A DNA stretch of 53,760 nt from a virus (taxonomy: Duplodnaviria > Caudoviricetes): the IMG/VR virus record IMGVR_UViG_3300046000_006960, positions 1-53,760 of that record. One strand, written 5' to 3'. The position numbers and the translations under genes were made by a program. Below, piece by piece: positions 40,638 through 47,920 of this stretch (its first letter is position 1; each line of letters begins with the position of its first letter). The notes beneath the pieces are model-generated. The model had not been told where the DNA came from. It saw only the letters and a program-made list of their open reading frames with translations, and did no database searches.

Positions 40638-41025
40638 TACCTACAATATTAAAATTAAATATAACTTTAAAATTCTTTGCATTTAGATCTAACTCTGGAA
40701 TAAATATAGGTGATATCTTTCCATCTACTATAATATTCTTTTTCCTTAAAATAGTTAATATATTTTGTAAAGCATTATCACTTAATCCTTTAGCAAAAAT
40801 CTCATCCTCTTTTATTTTTAACTTAGTATCATAATCAAATAATATCTTCCAAAGTATTTTATCATTTGTTGTTTCTTTTCTGTACTGGTAATGATAGTAT
40901 AAAAGTAAAGCTAATACTTGTTGCTGTTGATTATTTAATTTATGAAATGCCTTGGTTATATCTAACCATCTAAAAAATAAATCTTTAATCTTTATGTTAA
41001 GATTAGCTACTTTTACGTTATTCAT
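40618..41025 (-). CDS. Hypothetical winged-helix-like protein
   Basis: 135 aa with LSDNALQNILTILRKKNII. Confidence 0.5.
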   Translation of the reverse strand: MNNVKVANLNIKIKDLFFRWLDITKAFHKLNNQQQQVLALLLYYHYQYRKETTNDKILWKILFDYDTKLKIKEDEIFAKGLSDNALQNILTILRKKNIIVDGKISPIFIPELDLNAKNFKVIFNFNIVGNEQNRE

Positions 41026-41335
41026 CTTTTAATTTTAAATACTCTTTATATTTGTAAATATTTTCAAACTCTTTTAGTTCGTTTACAGCTCCACACCTCA
41101 TGCATACATTGTTGTCTATTTCATCAGATACAATATGCAAGCTTTTACAGTGTCTGCAAGCTACAACTGGGTCATCGTCATAGTTATTTTTACTATCTTC
41201 CATTATTTTATTTAATTTTAATTCTAATTCATTTACATAACTAGTATCGAACACTGGAAATGGAGCCATACTGTTGTAATATTTCATATGTTTAAGATAC
41301 TTCTTTAAGTAATCTTTTATTATCTTGCTTTTCAT
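41018..41335 (-). CDS. Zn-ribbon protein
   Basis: CRHCKSL...CMRCG. Confidence 0.6.
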   Translation of the reverse strand: MKSKIIKDYLKKYLKHMKYYNSMAPFPVFDTSYVNELELKLNKIMEDSKNNYDDDPVVACRHCKSLHIVSDEIDNNVCMRCGAVNELKEFENIYKYKEYLKLKDE

Positions 41336-41516
41336 GTTTTATATTTATCTCAGCATCCCATAGATTGTTATTGTTAATTATTTTTATGTCATAAAAGTAT
41401 CCAGAATGTTTTTGTTTAAATGTACTTATATTTGTAACAATTACATCTAACTCATTTAGTAATTCTTTTAGTGGTTTATTTTGCAGTTTATATACGTTAC
41501 TTAATGTCATTGTCAT
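41292..41516 (-). CDS. Hypothetical protein
   Basis: 74 aa in a tightly packed operon. Confidence 0.5.
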   Translation of the reverse strand: MTMTLSNVYKLQNKPLKELLNELDVIVTNISTFKQKHSGYFYDIKIINNNNLWDAEINIKHEKQDNKRLLKEVS

Positions 41517-41790
41517 TTTTATATTTATCCCAATCAGGTTTACTCATTAGATTTGGAAATCTTTCTCCTTTATTGCAACTTTCACTAACATATAATTTTC
41601 CAGGCAAATCACAGTGACAAACTTTACAAGCTCCTTCTTTCATGCAGTCAGAACATATTAACATTCTATATGCAACTTGTTCTTTTATATGATCTTGCTG
41701 AATACCTGCGCTGGCTAATAACATTTTAGAGTTACCTTCTAAAAAGGATTTAATATTTTTCAGGTTAATCTTTGGCTTGTTCTGTTCCAT
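41497..41790 (-). CDS. Cys-rich small protein
   Basis: CSDCMKEGACKVCHC...C. Confidence 0.6.
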   Translation of the reverse strand: MEQNKPKINLKNIKSFLEGNSKMLLASAGIQQDHIKEQVAYRMLICSDCMKEGACKVCHCDLPGKLYVSESCNKGERFPNLMSKPDWDKYKNDNDIK

Positions 41791-41977
41791 TTAATTCTTT
41801 TTCTAATAATTCTTCTATAGTAAATACGTCAAATACTAATCCTTTAGCTTCTGTGTTTCTAATAAAAAAATAAGGTATACTAAATATTTCTTTATCTTTG
41901 TTTTTCATTAAATTAAATGAAGTAAGAAATTTAAACTGTTGTTTCGTTAATCTTGCTTTGACTCTCTTCTTTTCCAT
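41765..41977 (-). CDS. Hypothetical protein
   Basis: 70 aa, overlaps its neighbours. Confidence 0.5.
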   Translation of the reverse strand: MEKKRVKARLTKQQFKFLTSFNLMKNKDKEIFSIPYFFIRNTEAKGLVFDVFTIEELLEKELNGTEQAKD

Positions 41978-42209
41978 GATGTAATTTTCCTAATACTACA
42001 AATTTTTCCATTGAATCTAAATCTCTACCAATAATAGGATTTACGTATTCGTTTATATTCTCTTCATTGTATTCTAAAGACGGATCTAAATCTTTTGCAA
42101 TTACATCCATCTCTCCAAGTATTTTATAAAAAGCTTTTACATGAGCTTTTGTTTTCTTTCTTTCCGCTAACTTCACTTGTCTTTGTCCGTTTTTATTATA
42201 TGTACTCAT
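41931..42209 (-). CDS. Hypothetical protein
   Basis: 92 aa. Confidence 0.55.
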   Translation of the reverse strand: MSTYNKNGQRQVKLAERKKTKAHVKAFYKILGEMDVIAKDLDPSLEYNEENINEYVNPIIGRDLDSMEKFVVLGKLHHGKEESQSKINETTV

Positions 42210-42511
42210 TATGGTTCTAATTTAGGAAAGTTTAATATTTCTTTTTTATCAACAAATAGTCCTTTGTTTTCAAAGTTAACTAATTTGTTATATCTTTTTC
42301 TACTCATTACTACACAATCAATTTCCATTTCTACATCTGATATATCATTGTTAGGATATCCTTGCTTAGTTTTAACTAAATCAGTGTGCTCTCTGATTAC
42401 ATCAAATAACATTGTTCTTTTAGCAAAGTCTAAGTTTTGCTGATTCATTGTTCCACTATTATTTAAATTAATAGCATGTGTTTGTTTTTTATATAAAATT
42501 ATATCTTCCAT
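42209..42511 (-). CDS. Hypothetical protein
   Basis: 100 aa, TAATG coupling. Confidence 0.55.
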   Translation of the reverse strand: MEDIILYKKQTHAINLNNSGTMNQQNLDFAKRTMLFDVIREHTDLVKTKQGYPNNDISDVEMEIDCVVMSRKRYNKLVNFENKGLFVDKKEILNFPKLEP

Positions 42512-42777
42512 TAATTTAGTCTTTTAATTATTAAAGCATTATCAAACATATTAAAGTTTTCATCTAAAAATAATTGCTCTCTTATCTTAGTATTCTTATC
42601 TGCTACATATATCTGTGCAGTGAGAACTTGTTTATCATTTCTAAATAACCCTACATTAATATCTAGTAGTCTATCATTACTTCTCCATTTATGAGTATAG
42701 TAATTATATAAGTTAAATAAATCTTTTCTATTTTGTATTAAATCTCTTCTAATTGTATCGTGTATTTGTTCTATCAT
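42511..42777 (-). CDS. Hypothetical protein
   Basis: 88 aa, TAATG coupling. Confidence 0.55.
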   Translation of the reverse strand: MIEQIHDTIRRDLIQNRKDLFNLYNYYTHKWRSNDRLLDINVGLFRNDKQVLTAQIYVADKNTKIREQLFLDENFNMFDNALIIKRLN

Positions 42778-42965
42778 TATTCGCTTGTGTGTTTTAAAAA
42801 TTGACTTAAACTCATATGCTTAAATCTTTCATTTAATTTATATTCTAATGTTCCTTTTGTATTTACATTTTTAATATATTCTTCTCTTTCTAAAAATATT
42901 TCTAGATCTGAATAATTTCTATTTAAATCAATACCTTTCCATTTATTTTTTATATCTTCTTCCAT
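42777..42965 (-). CDS. Hypothetical protein
   Basis: 62 aa. Confidence 0.5.
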   Translation of the reverse strand: MEEDIKNKWKGIDLNRNYSDLEIFLEREEYIKNVNTKGTLEYKLNERFKHMSLSQFLKHTSE

Positions 42966-43137
42966 CTGGCTTAGTAGGATGTTGTTTGTTATATTCCTTA
43001 AACAACATAGAATTAAATTTATCTATGTCAAATCCTTTTTCTGTTTGATAACTTGTTTTACTAATCCTATTATTATCTGGCAGTATAACTTTATCTTTTA
43101 ACCATATTATCTTTTTAAACCAATCTCTATAATTCAT
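42943..43137 (-). CDS. Hypothetical protein
   Basis: 64 aa. Confidence 0.5.
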   Translation of the reverse strand: MNYRDWFKKIIWLKDKVILPDNNRISKTSYQTEKGFDIDKFNSMLFKEYNKQHPTKPDGRRYKK

Positions 43138-43360
43138 TATATCTATTTACTAAGTATCTTGTAAACTCATTATTATCAAATCTTTGTTGTAAATCCATAA
43201 ACAATTTAGCAAATGTTTTACTACCATCTGGTAAATATATATGATATTTATCTTGTGTTATTCCTTCTGACCAAGCCATAAATCCATTAGGATGTTCTGG
43301 AGAATTTATAACTGTCGCTTCAAAGTAAGGACATTCTAATTCATTATTTTCATCACTCAT
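43127..43360 (-). CDS. Hypothetical protein, first gene of the late operon
   Basis: 77 aa, directly downstream of the promoter at 43386-43416. Confidence 0.55.
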   Translation of the reverse strand: MSDENNELECPYFEATVINSPEHPNGFMAWSEGITQDKYHIYLPDGSKTFAKLFMDLQQRFDNNEFTRYLVNRYNEL

Positions 43361-43385
43361 TTAACTTCTAATTTTAAATCTTGTA

Positions 43386-43416
43386 CAAAGATACAACAAA
43401 TAAATGACATATGCAA
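43386..43416 (-). promoter_or_regulatory. Bacteroidota -33/-7 promoter heading the late operon
   Basis: TTGC-N19-TATCTTTG. Confidence 0.75.
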
Positions 43417-43465
43417 GTTTTTTTGCAATTATTTTTAAAAAAAGTGAAAATAATTTAAAAGGCAT

Positions 43466-43500
43466 AAAAAAACCCACTAAAACAATAAGTTAAAGTGGGT
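43466..43500 (-). terminator. Intrinsic terminator closing the candidate ncRNA
   Basis: ACCCACT...AGTGGGT followed by a T run. Confidence 0.7.
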
Positions 43501-43816
43501 GTAATAAAAGTAATTGCAATTTAGCCCTGTCTTTTTTAGACTGTCCAGACTACTTTATCTTAAACATAAGTTTCCTATAACTATAACGTTGTTATAAGTT
43601 TACTTTAAATAGTTATTTAATTAATATATATGGCGAGGTTTCCCACAAAACTGTTGTTCTGCAGAAACCCTTGGCTTACCAGTGTTATTGAAGTCGTCAT
43701 ACCTCGCTAAACCCGTACCTACATTATCTATCCTCTTTTGCCCTGGACTGTGATTGCAATAATCACTATAATGTAGCAACAATATCCTTAATAAGTTGCC
43801 TGTTTATTTTACTGAG
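43466..43816 (-). ncRNA. Candidate ~350-nt structured ncRNA of unknown family
   Basis: Bounded by a consensus promoter and a terminator. Longest ORF seen is 27 codons. Many helices, with G-U pairs valid only on the minus strand. Confidence 0.55.
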
Positions 43817-43819
43817 CCA

Positions 43820-43850
43820 CAAAGATACAACATTTATTTGACAAATCCAA
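43820..43850 (-). promoter_or_regulatory. Bacteroidota -33/-7 promoter
   Basis: TTGG-N19-TATCTTTG. Confidence 0.75.
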
Positions 43851-44116
43851 ATTTTTTAGTAACTATTTTCATATATTTTATATTACCTATAGCTTTTATT
43901 GTAAAAAATATTTTTTAAAAAAATTTTTCAAAACGTTTTTTATTAATGTAAGAGTGAGATAACCCAACATCATGCCCCGACCTTTTTCAAATTTTGGGAT
44001 ATACCCGTGGCTTTTTGCTACAGGTATCTCACAAATTGTCTAACTTGAATAATACGCGATGAATCAGCGATTATTCTACAAAACAAAGCAGGCGTGCTTA
44101 ATAATACGTTATAGTT

Positions 44117-44581
44117 ATGGAAATTACTAAAGAAAGAGCAGAACAAATCATTAACAAACGTTCGTTAGTTGAGCAAGCAGGTGTTCCTTACAAAAAAGTA
44201 GAAGTACTTTATGTAGGATATACTGACGCAGACGGCGACGCTTTTGTTAATGATGAAACAGGCGAAGAATTCGCTATTGTTAGTTTCAATGCAGTAACAC
44301 CTTATCAGCTTGAGAAAGCTGTTGAAGATTTTGTTGCAGAAGATTATGATTCAGCTACTAATCATAAAGTATCTATGCGTATGCCTATTAAACAAGCTAA
44401 TCTTGTTTCTAAAGGTTGTCCAGGTACTTTAATTCTTCGCGAGGCTGAAGTAGAAGTTGACGGAGAGAAAGTAATTGGTTTATTTGCTAAATCATTTACA
44501 CCTGCGCAAGCTGTTGATAGTAAGAAAGTATCTCTTGCAGATTTACTTGCTAAAGCATCAGCACCAGCTGTTACAGCTTAA
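44117..44581 (+). CDS. Hypothetical acidic protein, first gene of the plus-strand early region
   Basis: 154 aa, GCT/GTT/GAA-rich codons suggesting high expression, own terminator. Confidence 0.7.
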   Translation: MEITKERAEQIINKRSLVEQAGVPYKKVEVLYVGYTDADGDAFVNDETGEEFAIVSFNAVTPYQLEKAVEDFVAEDYDSATNHKVSMRMPIKQANLVSKGCPGTLILREAEVEVDGEKVIGLFAKSFTPAQAVDSKKVSLADLLAKASAPAVTA

Positions 44582-44588
44582 TAATTAT

Positions 44589-44617
44589 AGGCTACCTTCG
44601 GGTAGCTTATTTTTTTT
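44589..44617 (+). terminator. Intrinsic terminator
   Basis: AGGCTACC-TTCG-GGTAGCTT followed by a T run. Confidence 0.85.
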
Positions 44618-44878
44618 GACATTCATAACTATATTAGCTACGTATTCAGTACGTGAGTAGTAGCCACATATTTTTGATTTAGACATCGTGAGTATTTTGT
44701 TTGACTTTGATTGTGTGAGTGGTAGTACGTGAGTATATCCCTTCACATTCCAATTGCGTACCATCTCACAAACAAACTTTGCAAAATAGTAAATATATAT
44801 AGCTTTTTAAGTTATTTCCCATCTACTATCAAACACCTAATTCGTAACTAATTAAAAACAAATAAATACAAAATCATT

Positions 44879-45007
44879 ATGAAATTTCAAATAATTGGAC
44901 AAGACAATTTTATTTACGGACTATTCCCTACAAAAATTTGTGCTAATTTAGCACTAAAAGGTATGAATATTATGCTTGAGGGATTAAGAGTAGAAAAGAT
45001 TAAATAA
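44879..45007 (+). CDS. Small hypothetical protein (42 aa)
   Basis: MKFQIIGQDNFIYGLFPTK..., with an A-rich Bacteroidota-type leader ending ATTATG. Confidence 0.5.
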   Translation: MKFQIIGQDNFIYGLFPTKICANLALKGMNIMLEGLRVEKIK

Positions 45008-45637
45008 AAAAATCAACTACCAACAGATGATTGGCATACTTTAGAGGAGCATTAAAGGACATAACATATGCTATAGTTGATTTAAATTCATAACACATAA
45101 GGTTTTTAGGTAGCACTCTTATTGAGTTGTAAACTATTGTAAAAAATTACCATTGTGTTGCAACCCTAGAAGCGGGGTTCAATGTAGATATAATGCGAAG
45201 TGAAACTACATTTATTTCAAATACTTTGATATAAAACTAATCACCATTTTATAATTAAGCCAATTAAGGCCAGTGACGAGCTGTTTATATTATGTTTATT
45301 CAATTACAGAGAAGGATTAGACTCTCTTGATATATCAAAGTATTAACTATTCAGAACCATTTAAGGTTGTTATTAAACGAGTTGTAAGTTTAAGTTTAAT
45401 AACGTAAAATTAACAAAAGAATAACTTTCATTATGGGAAATCAAAATCGTTTTATCTTTATTGCTTTAGATATGTAAGTCGTTACAGTAGAGTTTAGCAA
45501 ACTCGATCAGAAAAAACTCAATAACTTTCCAAGATGTTGAGGACACCAGTTTCTATACAATACATGTTGATATATGTTCGACCATATGTTAAGTATAGTT
45601 TTAGGTGTAAAACACAAAACTAATTAAATTAAATATT

Positions 45638-45835
45638 ATGAAAAACACAAAAATTATGGTAGCTTTTATAGCTATAACATTATGCACTTGGTGCTTAATA
45701 GGTCTGATAGTATATACATTATCTTCAATGAATTACAAAGAATCAATGTGTAATCAAGGAACATTTTTCTTAATGTTATTAGTAGGTTGGCTTCCAGGAG
45801 TAATTGTTTCAGCTGATTTAGAAGATGAATTATAA
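45638..45835 (+). CDS. Small two-TM membrane protein
   Basis: 65 aa with two hydrophobic helices. Confidence 0.65.
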   Translation: MKNTKIMVAFIAITLCTWCLIGLIVYTLSSMNYKESMCNQGTFFLMLLVGWLPGVIVSADLEDEL

Positions 45836-45843
45836 CTAATATT

Positions 45844-45966
45844 ATGAAAAAAAGATTAAGATTTTATTGGGACAACAAAGAAGTTATTGGTATTTTAGCA
45901 TTGTTATTGTTTTCTTTAACAATGCTATTAATTATAATCAACAATGCTATTGAATATGTATTGTAA
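45844..45966 (+). CDS. Small membrane protein (40 aa)
   Basis: MKKRLRFYWDNKEVIGILALLLFSLTMLLIIINNAIEYVL. Confidence 0.5.
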   Translation: MKKRLRFYWDNKEVIGILALLLFSLTMLLIIINNAIEYVL

Positions 45967-46225
45967 TTACAATATTAATAACTTTAACTACAACAAAGAA
46001 AACAACACACTAATTGGAAATGAAGAGGAGTTACATATAGACAGTGTAACTCCTTATTTTCCTAACTGTAGAAAACAATTCTTTGTTAGTAATGATAAAA
46101 CTAAAAACTTTAGAAGATTTAGATTATCATTAGAAACGTGCTATTATTATATATTTGAATCAGAAGACAAAATCAAATGTATAGTAAATAAAAAGCTGAA
46201 TATGTTTTCAGCAGGTAACTTTTAA
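45944..46225 (+). CDS. Hypothetical protein (start may be 45956)
   Basis: ORF track, 93 aa. Confidence 0.55.
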   Translation: MLLNMYCNYNINNFNYNKENNTLIGNEEELHIDSVTPYFPNCRKQFFVSNDKTKNFRRFRLSLETCYYYIFESEDKIKCIVNKKLNMFSAGNF

Positions 46226-46234
46226 ATAAATAAA

Positions 46235-46330
46235 ATGTCAAAGAAAATTAAATTATATGGTAGATTCTTAAGAAAAGAACTATCATTCAAAAAACTAGCG
46301 AAAGCCGCTAGTGAAGTTCAAAATTATTAA
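46235..46330 (+). CDS. Small basic peptide (31 aa)
   Basis: MSKKIKLYGRFLRKELSFKKLAKAASEVQNY. Fills the gap between genes. Confidence 0.4.
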   Translation: MSKKIKLYGRFLRKELSFKKLAKAASEVQNY

Positions 46331-46348
46331 CAAATTAAATTAAACATT

Positions 46349-46699
46349 ATGGGAACAATAATAGTTATTGGATTAGCAATATTTTTATTGATATCAGCAA
46401 TTGTATTGTCAAAAACAGAAACTCCTGTTCATTTAGATGGTGCAAACAAACCAATTACATCTCAAGACGGACTTGAAGATGTAATTAAAGAACCTGTTGT
46501 AAATACAGATATTGTATTAGACAAAAAAGAATTAGAAGTAGAGTTTGTAGAAAAACAACCTACTAAAAAATTAAAAGGAATTAGGCAATTATCGGATCAT
46601 ATTGCTACAGTTGTAGAAAATAATCCTGATTCTAAAAAACATTTAAACAAACGTCAACGTAAAACAGTTGATAAAATTGTTAAAGAAAAGAAACAATGA
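46349..46699 (+). CDS. Membrane-anchored hypothetical protein
   Basis: N-terminal TM, charged C-terminus. Confidence 0.6.
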   Translation: MGTIIVIGLAIFLLISAIVLSKTETPVHLDGANKPITSQDGLEDVIKEPVVNTDIVLDKKELEVEFVEKQPTKKLKGIRQLSDHIATVVENNPDSKKHLNKRQRKTVDKIVKEKKQ

Positions 46700-46971
46700 A
46701 TTCTGGTAGTTCATTACCATTTGTTAAGACAGTAAATTAATAAAAAACTACCAATGCTCGCTGTTAGGCTACACACACAACAAAAAGGGTTTATATTACG
46801 ATAGCAAACCAGAAACCCTGAAAGACCAAGGTTGGTAAATAGTAGTTCGCGGGAGAGCACCTACTTTAAAAATAGCGATCCCATCATGGGGGTGCCTGGT
46901 TTTGACAGGTTACTAATAATTAATACAATCAGCCAGAGAGATAACTGTAAACTAAGGTGAATTAAATAAAC

Positions 46972-47073
46972 GACAAAAATACAACAGCTCAAACAAGAGC
47001 AAACATGCAAGTGGTTCATAACATCTTAAATGGTGGAACTTCAGTATCAACAGAAATGTTGATTGCTGCGTAA
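46972..47073 (+). other. tmRNA tag reading frame, (A)DKNTTAQTRANMQVVHNILNGGTSVSTEMLIAA
   Basis: Resume codon GAC inferred from the AAATAAAC context. 33 codons, then TAA. Confidence 0.8.
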
Positions 47074-47435
47074 TATTTTTAGATTATTTTAAGGATTTCC
47101 TTGTTAGATTAAACAAGGTGGTGGAATCACTGATTAATCAGTTGACCTCGTGTATCTAAACACATAAAACTATAGTGAAGCTGTATAAATTGTATTAAGG
47201 AATGTAATTTGGACGGGAGTTTGAGAACGGACTCACTATGTAGGGATATGTAGTTAAAAATTGGAAGAATTGCTGGAACACTAAAGCCATTTAGGTATGT
47301 ACAAAATTACAGTACACTAAGTAGTCAATCAGCAGCCGAGCTTACTGGCGGAAGTAAGAAGGTTCAACGACTAGGGAATCTAAGGATAGCCCACAGCCTC
47401 CAACACCTAGAACAGGTGATGATATAGTCTAATCA

Positions 47436-47855
47436 CTAGTGAAAACTAGTGCAGAAAAATAGCCTTTCATAAGCTAATTTTCTATCGTATTCTATTATAG
47501 AATATTTACCATTCTTTTTAGTTACAATATTATGATACTTTAATATAGTATTGATTCTATGTAATTTTTTAGAATGATGAGAATTTAATAATTCACAAAG
47601 CTTGTAACATACTTGATTGCTACTTGCAGATAAAGAATAGCCAATAGAATGGCTTGTCTTTTTAGCTGGTTTTGTACTGATTGAAAGTTTTAAATTATAA
47701 TTTAACAATAAATATTGTTGAATTTCTAATAAAAGATTTTTATCAGTATTTGTAAAATCAATTTTAATACAACGAAATTTGTCATCTTTAGATTGATAAG
47801 ACATTGTAATTGAGCCATCTGCATCAAAAAAACCTGAAATGTAATTTAAGTCCAT
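47436..47855 (-). CDS. Single-motif LAGLIDADG homing endonuclease, antisense within the intron
   Basis: MDLNYISGFFDADGSI motif and IDFTNTD. 139 aa. Confidence 0.9.
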   Translation of the reverse strand: MDLNYISGFFDADGSITMSYQSKDDKFRCIKIDFTNTDKNLLLEIQQYLLLNYNLKLSISTKPAKKTSHSIGYSLSASSNQVCYKLCELLNSHHSKKLHRINTILKYHNIVTKKNGKYSIIEYDRKLAYERLFFCTSFH

Positions 47856-47889
47856 AATAATAGGATAAGGGTTATATATACGTTAGGTG

Positions 47890-47920
47890 CAAATATACAA
47901 AATTTAATTACAAAAAACAA
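47890..47920 (-). promoter_or_regulatory. Bacteroidota -33/-7 promoter inside the intron, driving the LAGLIDADG gene
   Basis: TTGT-N19-TATATTTG, 34 nt upstream of the ATG, same spacing as the six other copies. Confidence 0.7.

Noticed and set aside
134-42443. Plus-strand ORFs from the track within the late block (e.g. 134-526, 1253-1561, 2801-3085, 19310-19840, 30883-31161, 37829-38341)
   Set aside because: Antisense shadows of long minus-strand genes, with S/F/L/I-rich composition and no recognisable motifs.
43466-43816. RNase P RNA identity for the candidate ncRNA
   Set aside because: It has an AGUCC-based long-range pseudoknot but lacks the conserved GAGGAAAGUCC and 3' CR-V motifs.
44649-44735. 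GTGAGT repeats as a mini-CRISPR array
   Set aside because: Repeats are only 6-11 nt with irregular spacing (35, 27, 14 nt), and no cas genes are present.
45258-45285. Hammerhead ribozyme core (TGACGAG)
   Set aside because: No leading C of CUGANGA, and no correctly placed GAAA/stem III.
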